From Phoronis australis (lineage: Eukaryota > Animalia > Phoronida): a stretch of 64,000 nt of DNA. The stretch is taken from contig NMRA01000218.1 in assembly GCA_002633005.1 (NCBI GenBank), positions 267,113-331,112 on the forward strand, read 5' to 3'. Under the pieces are notes generated by a model. It saw only the letters and a list, made by a program, of their open reading frames with translations, ran no database searches and was not told where the DNA came from. Positions 1-12,190 of the stretch are shown in pieces (the first letter of the stretch is position 1; every line of letters begins with the position of its first letter). The position numbers and the translations under genes are program-made.

Positions 1-3000
1 ATTCGTCTACTATGTTCAAGTCCAGCACCGTTTTTATTGCTGAAGCAGACACAGTTCTGTAACTTGTGTTCCGTCCTGGTGCATCGGATTACTGGAAAAT
101 CCACAAGGTCTGTCCTAGAGCTGCACAACTCAGTGGTTGCTTTTGGCAACAAAACTCATCGGAACGTTTTGTTCTCTGAACTTTGAAAGGTAGTCTGTGC
201 CACTTTTTCCTACTTCCACGAATTTCGTCACAAACATGGAAATGCTGGATTAAGAAAAAATCAATTTCTTCCCAATCTCAATCAGTGTCTTGGTACTCCT
301 ATTTTAGAATTTTATTGTTAAAACTTTGTTTGAGACACCCTGTTAATTTGGTCTACAAGTTCGGAGGCTGAGTGAAGTAAAATGTTTTATTTCAATGACT
401 CCTCAGTTCAAAATAATGGCTAAGATGTAACTTTTGCCATCGTCTATTGCTACATGAAGGTCTTCTTTTGATTAAATTAGGAATGCAGTGTCTGGTTAGA
501 GTATTGTGAAATTGTCACTTTAACATTTTTTGATGTTAAGAACCTATCCGAAGCTGTCGACATGATTGGTGAAGGGTCGAGCAAGTATGCGTCGGGGTAT
601 TGTTTGATGTCCACGTACATTCCAACATTGTTGCATGATGGTCTTGGCTTTAACGAAACACGAAACCATCTGACAGCAACAAACGACATCGAAGGGAAGA
701 ACACAGGTTGGTAGAAAAGTGATTTTTGTCGCGACAATATATCCTTATGGTACTACTTCATTCATTGGCATTTCCGAGGCAGCCTACATTATTTTCATTA
801 ATTTCAAAGATGCACGTATTCCTGACGGTTATACGCCGGTGCACCAACTATTCGTCAGTCTGATTCTTAGCCATGAGAGCGTAGTTACGTCATTTGGTCC
901 CGCTGTTACCTCTTAATGTCTCAGTTTGAGCTTTTGAAGGATTGACCTACACGTAATCAGTATTTCTATGTAGATGAATATTTTGGAATAAAGAACAAAA
1001 GTAACCCTTTATTGCTTCATTCGGCACTGTACTTGCAAAGCCAACACTTGGGTCCGTTCCGCTGAGGCAAGAAATTCGCGAATTAAAGTAATGAGGTCAC
1101 CTGCATAGCCATAAAGTTTTTCGTGGTTTTCGACTAAAGTGTACTTACCTAACGTAGTCTTGGCAAATACGTGCTGAGAAGATGACTTGTTGTGCTTTAC
1201 TTTTTTACCCGACCACGGGTGTAACACGAACTAAAACATTACATTGTGTAATAACAACTCTAAATGTAGGAGACTGAGGGATGTTTACATGTACCTGCGA
1301 GATGATGTCTCTATGAATGAGTCCTAGCTACTTTTAAATCGCTAGGATAATGTTGAGAGCAAATTCCTTTGGGACTTGTGCATGTTTTGAAATGAACGAA
1401 TGGTCAAAACACACTTCAATCGTTTCAGATTGGCCATTGGGAGCAGTTTTGTATGTCATTGGACGTCGGTGCGACTGGGCGGTCCTTAATCCAGAACCAA
1501 GTGAAAAGCCTCCGATCAGTGGAGGGTGTTCAGCTTACAAGCCTAACCCATTTCACCTAGTTTTTATCCTATGGGCGTCGCTGTTACTGTTGTGCTTGAA
1601 GTGATATTTTAAAATACTCGACTTGATAAAGTACGTGCTGTCTTCACTGAGACTGCTCAATCAATGTTACATGTATCTCAAATCAATCAAGGCGCTAAAC
1701 ATATATGAATTCGATCATTTTAGCGCAAAACGAGATTATTGTAAATTTCTTCAATTCAATAATATTATACATGTAGAACCTTGTATTGCTGTGACACGTT
1801 TTCAAAGTAAGGGTGTCCGAAAACGAAGAAAATGGTATCTTTGTTTTAGAACGGTAGAGTTAACTTACGTGACGTTGCATTGTCAAGAATTTGCATTTAA
1901 CCTGATTTGAATAAGATCAGTCTTTATTCATTCTGGCCAACTTTGATACTAGGATCCGAATAAGTCAATACAGATCAAGGACTACATCTAATTAACTGTT
2001 TTACCGAAAACTTTGCATCCATTAATTGTAAATCGAACACAGAAGCCATCAGCGTTATTCAACAACTCATTGTAAACGAAGAGTCGAACAATGTGGGCAT
2101 CGGTATTCAGTGTAAATCAGCTTTAATTCTGACTATTCAAGTCAGCTTTAATTGTTAAACACCCTTAAAATTATGGATTTCTACCAGACAGAGACGAATT
2201 TTTATACTGGGCCGTTTCAAAAGGTAAGCAGCGTGTCGTCAACATCGAGCCATTATTTAACGAAGTTAGCAATTTGACAAATTTTATCAAGTGACCACCT
2301 GTATGTTCAAGCTCACAGACCACCAAATAAACTATTGAAAATTAAAGTTATCTTCTGTTTTATACACGACTTCTAACAAGTCGAAAAATGAACATCTATA
2401 AACGAATGAGTTTATTGCATAAATCTAGATTATTTGTCTTTTTAGGTCTGAGGTTTTCATCACGACGAAGGCACATTATTTTAAAAAAACGAGAATCACA
2501 ACAGGAAGTCTCAAGCCTTTCCACACCAAGATAAAAATGATTTTCATCACAAAACATACCATTCGGGATGTCATCAAGTAATAAAGGAGTGGCAAAAATC
2601 TTTTTGAAGATACTGGCCAACCCATTATCACCGAACGTGGCTGGTCCATGTTAGTTGCGTGACGTTTTACTTTCAGGAAATATATACATGTACTTTTGCT
2701 GCGATATTTGGCTGAATACACCGACAAGCCTTAAGTCGAGAAAAATAACCTAATTCACCTTTAACATTTCTAACTAAATCCATCTTTCGTAAACCATTAA
2801 TTTTGTGATATTTGTGTTTGAGTTAGTGTTTGTCTTGCCCGCTGGTCGTCGCTGCCGCCACCACCCCGTCAGTGCAGTAACCCCGTCGGTAAGGATTCAT
2901 CAGGCTACACCACTGCGTCCCTAGCGTGCTTTTGCTTCTCAGTTTGTTTTCAAAACGGTAAAGGGTGTTAAATCTACACTGATTTGAAATTGCGCTGGGC

Positions 3001-3604
3001 GTTGCGTCTACACTGGTCACATCCTATGCTGCAGCAGGAAGTGACGCATACCGAGAACTTATTGAATCAAGAATCTGTCTTTCGTCGCAGTTTTGAGAAC
3101 AAATCCTGGCACTGTTACTCCGTTTCAAAGATTCTGACAAGGCATGGTATGGCGAGGCAACGTGACCCATTTTTTCCATATCTAACATGATGCATTGACT
3201 TCCTACATGTACATCAGATAGCAACGCCAAAGTTATGGTTGGCTGAGAAACTTCGTGAGTGGATCACGCGTCCGTTGACAATGTCGGACTCAAAAACGAT
3301 GCGATGGAGCATTTTGACGAATAAAAACGAATTTTAAGATTCATTTTATGCTGAATAATTTTATTTTGACACATCTTATAACAAATTCGGGCTGTATGTA
3401 CTATCAGTGAGATAGTAGCATAGTTATTGCGCAACGTTGGGAACTCATCACAAGTAGCCGTTTAAATATTCAGTGCAATTGAATGAAGTGGTTCGTTGAC
3501 TGCAACATGTGCGTGCTTGTAAGTACACAGTTTCCGATCTTTTTGCCTAGTGAAATCTCAGTAGTAGTGACCAATCATTGGAATGAAACGCAGCATGAAC
3601 CTGG

Positions 3605-3730
3605 CAAGGGTGGATCCAGGATTTTTAATTTGGCGGGGGGACAGGAAGAGTATTAGCTAGCATTTTGAAAATCTGGGAGAGTTTTGGGGGGAGGCATGGC
3701 CCCCTTGGTCTCCCTCGAAATTCGCCGCTG
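3605..3730. mobile_element. Short hAT5-like MITE (GGCGGATCC/GGATCCGCC terminal family), degenerate
   Basis: Starts CAAGGGTGGATCCAGGATTTT and ends AAATTCGCCGCTG with G/C-run subterminal tracts, the same architecture as the copies at 57836 and 59757. TSD degenerate. Confidence 0.55.
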
Positions 3731-4049
3731 CACTGGTCGTTCGCTTTGCAGTCTTTCCGGTCGCAGTCGCGGACGACTCAGTGTAATTTCCGATTTTCGT
3801 CATCAAATATTTTCTGATCAGATTTGTTGTTGGCGAAATCTGCGACTTTGATAGCAAATTTGACGACGTGCTTGATAGTGACACATTCTCATGTCTGCTG
3901 TCGACCGCTGAAGTGACTTAAAAAGAGGACTTTTGAGCACTGAAACGAGGGCCGCTAGCCCTTCGCCACAAAGGTGGTTAGAGCTGAGTAAAAATATCTT
4001 CCATCACTTTTGCTCTCTCCTTTTTGAAAACAGTCACTACCGACTCCAT

Positions 4050-5720
4050 TTAAAAAGAACCAAATAAAAATTTTAAAAAACAACAAAAGTCCTGGCCCAG
4101 ATGCCTTCACAGTAGAATTTTTTATTTTTTTGGCCAGACCTTTTAATATTTTTTTAATATTTAAAAATATTATTTGTTCCGATCTTTTGAAGAAGGTATC
4201 AATAAAGGAGAATTAGCTACAACGCAAAAACAGGGTATAATCTCAATAATACTAAAAGAAAATAAACCAAGTGAATTCATTAAAAATTGGCGTTCAATTT
4301 TACTATTGAGTATTACTTACAAAATTTTGTCTGGTTGTATTGCAAGAAGCCTAAAAAGCGTCCTCGGACTCCTTATTCACGAGAACCAACAAGGTTTCAT
4401 GAAAGGCAGATATATTGGGGAAAACATGAAAATTTTATATGATGTAATTCAATTTTTAGTCTGTAAACCCTTCCCCGGACTCCTCTTAATGATTGATTTT
4501 GAAAAAGCTTCCTACTCGGTTTCCTGGTCTTTCTTCCTTAAGGCATTGTCATACTTTAACTTTGGACCAAGGTTCATTGACACGGTCAAAACTCTCTACA
4601 ACAAATTTTGTCTTTGTGTTCTCCAACATGGATTTTTCTCCTTACCTTTTTATATTATGTGCAGAAATATTGGGTAATTTAATTCATCGGGATGGTGGCA
4701 TCTTTGGGGTCAGGATATGTGTTTCTGAGTTTAAACTGATCCAGTACGCTGACGACACTTGTTTAATTTTGGACGGTTCCGAGTTATCTCTTAGGTCATC
4801 TTTGAATTTAATTGACCGATTTGCGAAAATTTTCTGGTTTGAAGCCAAATATCAGGAAAACAAGATGTGTTCGGATTGGTTAAAAAAAGACTCTGACGAA
4901 AAAGTTTGTGTCAATGAAAACCTGTTATTTACTAACAAACCTTTCATGTTTTTGGGAATTAACTTCTCCACTGATAATCATACAAAGCCAGATATTAACT
5001 ATTAATAGTGGCAGGCTTTTGGAAATTAAGAAAACGATGGGCTCTTAGTCAAGAAGAATTTTTACCGTTCTAGGTACAATAACCGTGGTTAAGACACTTT
5101 TATTGCCAAGATTGTTCATTTGCTACAATCCCTCGCTAGCACTTCCATTGACATGATTCAAGAATTAGAGCGAATCTTTTTTGGCTCCATTTGGAATGGG
5201 AATAATTACAGACTTAGCCAAAATGAAATTGTATAAAATCACGATAATGGTGGTTTAAAAATGGTTCATGTTTATTTGTTATTAAGTCTGAAAATATCGT
5301 GGCTTCGTAAACTATTCAACTCAAATACAACACGTGACCTTGCAGAGGCAGTTTTGGGTTGTAAAGTTGATAACTTTTTTAAAATGGGAGACATTTCCTT
5401 AAAAAATAGCTGAAGGAACCGAAAATCTGTTCTGGAAGGAAGTTTTAAGGGATGTTGTGCTCCTGTTTCAAATGTGTGACAAAAACGAAAATATTATTTA
5501 CTCTCCCCTCTGGTATAATTTAAAGATTAAAGTCGGTAGAAAGTCTATTTTTTGGTATGAAAGGAGGATTTATTGTGTGTGTGATTTCTTTAATGCTGAA
5601 GGTTCTTTTATGTCACACAGTGTACGAGGAACTCTGTAACAGTTACAACTTTCAACCTCCAAAACTAGAAATCTATGGATTTAGAAGTGCAACCTTTGCA
5701 GCGTAAAGAGGTATTAAAAT
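4050..5720 (+). pseudogene. L1/Tx1-clade LINE ORF2 reverse transcriptase fragment, frameshifted and with stops
   Basis: Motifs across frames: NNKSPGPDAFTVEF, GIISIILK, NWRSILLLSITYKIL, IHENQQGFMKGRYIGEN, LLMIDFEKA, SPYLFILCAEIL, QYADDT (ORFs 4174-4677 and 4493-5005). The RQG motif region appears deleted. Boundaries approximate. Confidence 0.93.
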
Positions 5721-5734
5721 TAGCTTTAGATTAG

Positions 5735-6880
5735 AAAATATTTTATTTAACATAATTTTGCTTTTCTAATTTGGAAAAATATGTAGATATTTTCTCACCC
5801 TGCTCTGTCCATTTTGCACGGGAACGTACAATGAGTCCTTTCAGTTGTTCTTCCCCAATAATTTTCTAATTCAATCTTTATTTGTCTGATCTAGAAGTTC
5901 ATCTAGCAATGGAGATTGGTCTTGTTGTGACAAAGTAAATAATAAGCTCGTTTGTCTTTTAATTTCTTGATAAAATTCGTGCTTTCCGTAAAATTTCTTT
6001 TACAAAAATGAATTCTTTGATATCTTACTTTCATCAACAGGACCTCAAAAAACAATGAGTCATCAATTATAAATTGTATTTTAATTTGAGGAATTTTAGA
6101 TACTCTATTATAAGGAAATGCTGCATTCTCGCTCGAATCTTCTCGTTTTATAGTTTTAACTAAATTAACGTAATTACTGTCACGGAGAAGAGAATTGTTG
6201 AAACGCCAGAGTCCCCGGCCTCTGGAGAAGTCTGTAGTGCAAAAATGGTCAGTCAGTCCTGTATCCAGGATCAATTTTGGATGATTCCAATAAATTACTC
6301 AGTTCTTGTGAAACAAGACAGAAATACCATCGTGCCTTTTTAGCTAGATTCACTCTCTTCCAAGTAAATTGCTTTGTAGTTGTATGAACAAGACGCCACA
6401 GAGCAATTAAGTTATGTCTGGAAGAAAAAATTTCGACTTCTTTGTTTTTTTTTTACCTGGGCATAGTTATAACAGTCCAATTCGAAATCTTTAACCAAAT
6501 TCCAGTCGCCACACAGTATTGTAAATTTTGAATCTAAGTCCAATGAGGCGTCTGAAATAGATTATAAAAGTTTGGATCATCCTTATCAGGTCCATTAATA
6601 TTGATAGCTGTAGCGCTAATATTCTTTTACAAAATAAGATTTAAAAGCACAAAATTTGAGGATTTAATTTCAAATTCAAAGTTATTAATAAATAAAATAC
6701 AAACCCCCTCGAATTAGAAGAACTCATACGCAACTCACCACCCCACATTGTCCGAACAATGGTTTCATCTGACTGCGTGTCCTGCAGACAGTACATGGAA
6801 AAGTTATCTCGACGTTTTTCTATATCTTGCAAACCCGTACAATTCATGAAAAAGTTTTAAACAAACAGTAACTTCATGAT
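5735..6880 (-). pseudogene. L1/Tx1-clade LINE ORF2 APE endonuclease plus linker, degenerate
   Basis: Minus-strand MNCTGLQD...YCLQDT, SSNSRG, TDH, GRGLWRFNNSLL, and the L1 linker motif IVRSRAKWTEQGEKISTYFSKLEK ending near 5750. Confidence 0.9.
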
Positions 6881-7269
6881 ACTACAACTGATTCCCGCAA
6901 TCGCGCTTACGTTCACATCACACAGCACAAATAACATAATAAGTAGCCTTCGGTAGACTAGCATTGGTAAAAGCAATAGCCTGCATTTACATGCAAATAA
7001 AGCAGGGTCCACCGTATCTAACAATGAATAATGTCTGCTTCAGTCTTACAATGACTATGGCAACACATTGAAGTACAGATATGACGCGGAAATCCAACCG
7101 ACGGTGTACACTGGCCGAGTCTACCAACTTTTCCAGAGCCACACATGAATGAAAGTCATGAACTCTTTTCCATTCAAAAAGGGAAAAAATGAAGGTAAGG
7201 AAAAAACAGAACAATACAAAATTATCTTAGCTGTTTGTAATGAAAATCATAGGCTTTGTCCGTTATAAC

Positions 7270-7980
7270 AGTTCCTAGTCCTGCGAGAACGATGGTAATT
7301 CGCTTACTGTTTCGACTGAAAAAATATCTTCGTCGATTTCTAGGTTGTCCTTAAACACGTGAGAAATTTTTGCATTAGGATGGACTCTTGTCATTTATAG
7401 AATTGGTACAAGACGCTTTCTTCTCATTACCATATCTTGGGTGAAATCTTCATGTACAAAATAGTTGGTGCCTTTGAAATTTCCTCGACTTTTCCATAGT
7501 TTGTGGTTGTCTTGGTAATACGAGAACTTTGCTATTATGTCTTTAGGTTTACCTTGTCGAGCCCTGTTCTACATGAAACCCCTGAAATCTTTCAAAACTG
7601 ACAGCTTCACTCTCTGTAAAGATATCTTGCAATATTGCCTTAAGTTTTTTCAAAACAAGATTGGCCCGGACTTTCGGGAATTCCACAGAAGCGATTTGAT
7701 ATCCTCGATTGAAATTCTATCTCACACAGCTGAGTCTTCATTTGACGATTTCCATCTGTAAGTTGTTTTATTTTAAGCTCGTTATTCTTAAACCGGGTAT
7801 TACTTTCCTCAGCAGTGACACTAACGTTGTCTATTGGTGACTTGAACTCATCCAGAACGTCATTAATTGCCGGTATCAAATCCAGTTGACGTCTGACAAC
7901 AGTGAACCATGCCGACTCGAAATCGGGAATAGTCATTGAACTTAAAGTTCGGCCCTATTGAACATTTTTCGGCCGTTGGA
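7270..7980 (-). pseudogene. L1-type ORF1 (coiled coil + RRM/CTD, Transposase_22-like), degenerate
   Basis: Minus-strand LCEIEFQSR..RFCGIPESPGQSC, then KPKDIIAKFSYYQD..LWKSRGNFKGTNYFVHEDFTQDMVMRRKRLVPIL. Lies upstream of and co-oriented with the endonuclease. Confidence 0.85.
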
Positions 7981-9408
7981 GCGAGTTGCTGCTTAATCAG
8001 TTAAATTACTTCTCTTTTACTTTCCAGATAATGCTACGATCTTGGCCATACTCACTTTTTACCACGTGAATCAATGTTATTTAATAAAACATACGATTGT
8101 TGATTCCAACTGACAGGATTCCTGGACATTCCTTAGTCAAGGCCTGTGCTTGTATACTCGTACGGAGAGCAAGAGAAACAAAAAAATGTATCTCTTAATT
8201 GACGAATAATGAATTTTTAAAACCACTAAAGGGATGCAACCATGTGTTATCATTTTAAAAAATCTTAATTGATTTTATATTTTACCAATGGGTTAATTTT
8301 TTATTTAAGATTCTGTTAATGAAGTGTTGAACAGGAAAAGAACGACTCAAATTCTTCAGTTACGGACAAAAATAGTAAAATTATCTCTTTTTAGTTTCAA
8401 AGGCTAACTACATCCTTACAATGCTCGCATTTTAGCATTGCGTTGTTTGATGATAGATATATAGTGCAAGGCACGTTAGTAACGAAGGCATGGCAAATTT
8501 TCTAAGCTTTTAATTTAGAAATTTGGCTAAATAAAATTCTACTTGTTCGCCATATTGTGTTCTCAGTAAAACGAGAAATAGTTACCGTAACTGATTGCCA
8601 TTCACCTTTACGGATATTTTCACGGGCTTTAAAATGTAGCTTCGTATTTATTTCGTAACTGGAAGCAAGTTTCGCAACTGTTTAGGAGTTAATGTTGAAT
8701 TCTCAACCGCACCTCTTTAGGATTCAGAAACATTACCACGCTTATCCGATCTTTTTTACCGAATGAGGTGGCAATTAAAGTCCCAGGAAATGCTTACATC
8801 GCCAATTTCATAAATTTTTAATTTTAGGGTTGTCTTTCCCCAATAAGCTCTTGACGTGTTTTCTTCAATCGGTCATGGTTTCGATGATTTTTTCGTTACG
8901 GAAAGGAATCCCAGCATGGTTAAAGAATAATAAGAGAACGATTTTAGACGCATAAGTGGATCATTCAGCTTAATACTGAAGAAATGCAGTTTGAACTGCT
9001 GTCAAGTGTAATAAAATCGTGATGCTTATTGACAGAGCTTAAAACTTGTACTGTCTTTGAAGTTTGATTAAAAATAGTATTGAAGAAGTTGTAAATTTGG
9101 GAGAAAATGTAATATTCCAATAGCATTAAAATTTTTACGAGAAATTTAACTGCTAAGAGTGCGAAATTTGCTTTCTAGAGCTCGTTTCGTAAACACCACC
9201 GAGCCAGAGCAACTGGAACTTTCACCAATAGGTGGCGCTCAAACTGGCGATCACGTTTGGATTGATCCGCTTCTTATCTCGAATAAAAGATCTCTGATTG
9301 TATTATTTGGGCCTTGTGAGGTAGTGGACCTTTAGTGTCTTCTTAAACAAAAGTAAACTATCTCATTTTGAACTCTGAGAAAATATGCAGGTTGCCTCAA
9401 TTATTGCA

Positions 9409-9414
9409 TTTATT
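9409..9414 (-). terminator. Candidate polyadenylation signal (AATAAA) of the dopamine receptor
   Basis: First minus-strand AATAAA I found downstream of the stop codon at 12191, preceded by AU/UGUA-rich UTR-like sequence at 9420-9540. Implies a ~2.8-kb 3'UTR. Confidence 0.45.
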
Positions 9415-9735
9415 TTAAAAAGGTATACAGGAAGCACATTTTAAACATATTCAGAAATATACATACATACACATATATACCTACAGAGTATGCCACATGT
9501 ACAAAAATTCCAGCTGTATCACAAATGTTAATACTTTAAACTTAAGTCACAATGGCTCAATAGACGCAAGATTCAAGAACATTTTACCCAATTCACGTTT
9601 TACTCATTTCCACAGCATGTCCCTACTCAAATGTTTAAAAAAATATAAATTGCAATAAAATAGTTTCGCCAATATCGCGGTGACCTCAATTATCGTCTTT
9701 CAAATTTCAAACGAAATATTTTTACAACGGTTGTA

Positions 9736-9856
9736 AAAGCACTGATAACGTATACGTCACTCATTTAAAGCACTAATAACGTATACGTCACTCATTTAAA
9801 GCACTAATAACGTATACGTCACTCATTTAAAGCACTAATAACGTATACGTCACTCA
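9736..9856. repeat. 31-bp minisatellite, ~3.9 copies
   Basis: Unit AAAGCACTAATAACGTATACGTCACTCATTT starting at 9736, 9767, 9798 and 9829, nearly identical, with internal palindrome ACGTATACGT. Confidence 0.95.
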
Positions 9857-10922
9857 AGACAATTAAAGTTGCATTTCTCCTGTTTAGCTAGCTCAAGATT
9901 AAAACCCGAATTAAACCTTTTTTCTCTCATAAAGTCATGATAGAGTTCTATTTCTGTTACTATTAAGAGCAGTGATACCATCAGCGACTCACAAAAACGC
10001 TCTGTCTGTTGGGGCTGGTCAAACCTAAAATTAAAAAAATACGTGAAATGCGCACTGCCAGTGACTAAAAAAATCCTCTCAGGGTAAGGAATAATACGAG
10101 ACCGATTTTATGAGAATAGAGTGCCTCAATCGATTGTCGTTTTTGAGCCAGCTGAACGGGGTGAAATGCAACTTTTCAGAAACAATTTCAAGGGTCACAC
10201 ATTTAGAAAAAATATTATCCTAGCTACATGTAATTTGACTATGACATCCGGGTAATTGAGCTAGCGAGTGACTGTCACCTCATGGTCAACCAGAGTATAC
10301 ACGAACATGCTAACGTGTATGGAATCACCGTAGCGCTACCTTGTGTTAGTCTGAAACCACTACCCACGTCTGCAGACCTCGACAACTTTACGAACGGTTT
10401 TCAAAATGTTTGGAATGTTCCGCTCTCACAGTTGTTATCCATCATACCTGGATTATAAAATAATCACCCTCTGTTCTGTTTACGTAACCATCGCAAGAAT
10501 TAGCAACCCCAGAAAAAATTGGTCATTAATAAGGCCAGCTTCAAAAAACGACTCCGTTTTCTTTTCCCATAGCCCTAATCAAAACCATCTGTCATGGTCT
10601 ACCATCATTTCCAACCGGCTCATTCAAGTAGAACTAGACCAGTACAGGTGTATTGAAAGTGACTTATATTTGTTGGTTGACTTTTGACGTCGTTTCTCAA
10701 ATCCCGACATCAACTTTTCGACACGGTACTTAGGAATAGAATGACGCGGGGAACGAGAGATCTGTGTAGAACATGTTGATACTTCCGCATACACTGGCGA
10801 CCTCTTTTATCGCTCAACTTTTGCTGAGATTTTAGCAACCGCGGGCAGTCGGACACCGCAACTACCTCAGGTAACGCTTACATGTACTTACAGAGTTACA
10901 GACAGGTTACGTACATGTGTAT

Positions 10923-11054
10923 CATGGGAGGCCCAGCATCGAAAAAAGTGGGGGACTATATCCTGTGGTGTACCGCCCATAGACCATGGACGGCGCAGCA
11001 CTGAAAAAAGTGGGGGCTACACCTCCCCCAGCTCCCTATGGTGCGCCGCCCATG
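10923..11054. mobile_element. Dimeric CATGGGCGGCGC...GCGCCGCCCATG MITE, hAT5-like
   Basis: Two head-to-tail ~65-bp units, each with CATGG..CCCAT ends and a GAAAAAAGTGGGG core. Flanks TGTAT/TCTAT (4/5 TSD match). Second copy at 30366. Confidence 0.75.
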
Positions 11055-11250
11055 TCTATGTCTTGTGACGACTCGGACTAGTTCGTCACATTGTTACACG
11101 TGTTGGAGACACAGTTCGTGAGTCAGGAGACACACATAATGTATCGGAAGTATATTAATATTCGACCAAAACACAATATCATATTGGTTAAAAGTAAACG
11201 GGTCGTGAACCTGACACTTTCGGGCGACTCAGTTGCGAGTTAAATATACC

Positions 11251-11514
11251 AGTGGCCGTCAAAACTGATTGACAGACGCGTCCAAGTGAAATCGAGTGAC
11301 GCCAACGTTCTGCGCAGACGGAGAGCTCGGAGCTGAGCTAACTGACTCAAGCGAACGATAGCTGACCCAGCAGCTCACGTCAAGGCGACAACAGCTGAAT
11401 AAACTGTCGGCTAGTACATTCACTTGCCATCGTGTTTTCACGCCTTGGCGTGAGTTGTCAATTCAGCTATCGTTCACTTGAGACACTTCGTATCTGTACG
11501 TTTGCACGGCCCCT
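11251..11514. mobile_element. Palindromic MITE with internal 47-bp hairpin
   Basis: Outer imperfect TIR (GGCCGTCAAAAC / GTTTGCACGGCC). Inner arms 11341-11387 and 11441-11487 are reverse complements at roughly 80% identity. Confidence 0.7.
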
Positions 11515-12190
11515 AAGGGCGCTCCATAAACTTGAGTCAACTTATAGTGACTGAGCACTCACAGTCTAAATTAGCTTTCAATATTGAACTTTCGTCTACG
11601 CGCAATATTTGCGAAATGGTCAGCACAAAAGCTATCGACATGTCATGACAAATTATGGTATTTGATTTCATCCGAATTCTAAGCAGCTTGGAATCAATAT
11701 ATGTAGGACGCTGGTTGACAATCAATGCCATGGATGCACATAGTCACCATAGGGGAATATTTATGGAATTGAATACACATAATTGAATAACCTAGAAAAG
11801 GCTCCCTGTATTGCAATAACTTTGTATCGCTATGGTATCTGCTACAGTAAGTGAATGCTCGATGCCGAAAGACATCATTGGCACTGGAATTTCAAGCACA
11901 CGCACATTATAAATTAAGTTGCATAAAAAATAAATAAACAATCCCCTTCGTTTCTGGGAATTAAACATAAATGGCCCAGACTGATTTTTGTTGGAGCTTT
12001 ACAAGTACAGACAGAGTTGAGACGTAGGGAAAACCCCCGATGTTGTTTGGTTTACATGTACATTCACTTTCGCATACATGCGCGCGCTCACGCATTCACA
12101 TTCACTACCAACGCTTACATATGAACATTTAAAAAACACAAATCTTTCCACTCCTTGCTGCCTGAGACGAGATTCACACGCCAAGGTGAT

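Noticed and set aside
1-1230. Possible decayed coding sequence on the minus strand (ORFs 477-737 and 1009-1227)
   Set aside because: Multiple stops in all frames and no motif I can assign. A tBLASTx search would be needed.
9736-9856. 31-bp repeats with a palindromic core, superficially CRISPR-like
   Set aside because: Units are directly adjacent with no unique spacers, there are no cas genes, and the context is eukaryotic.
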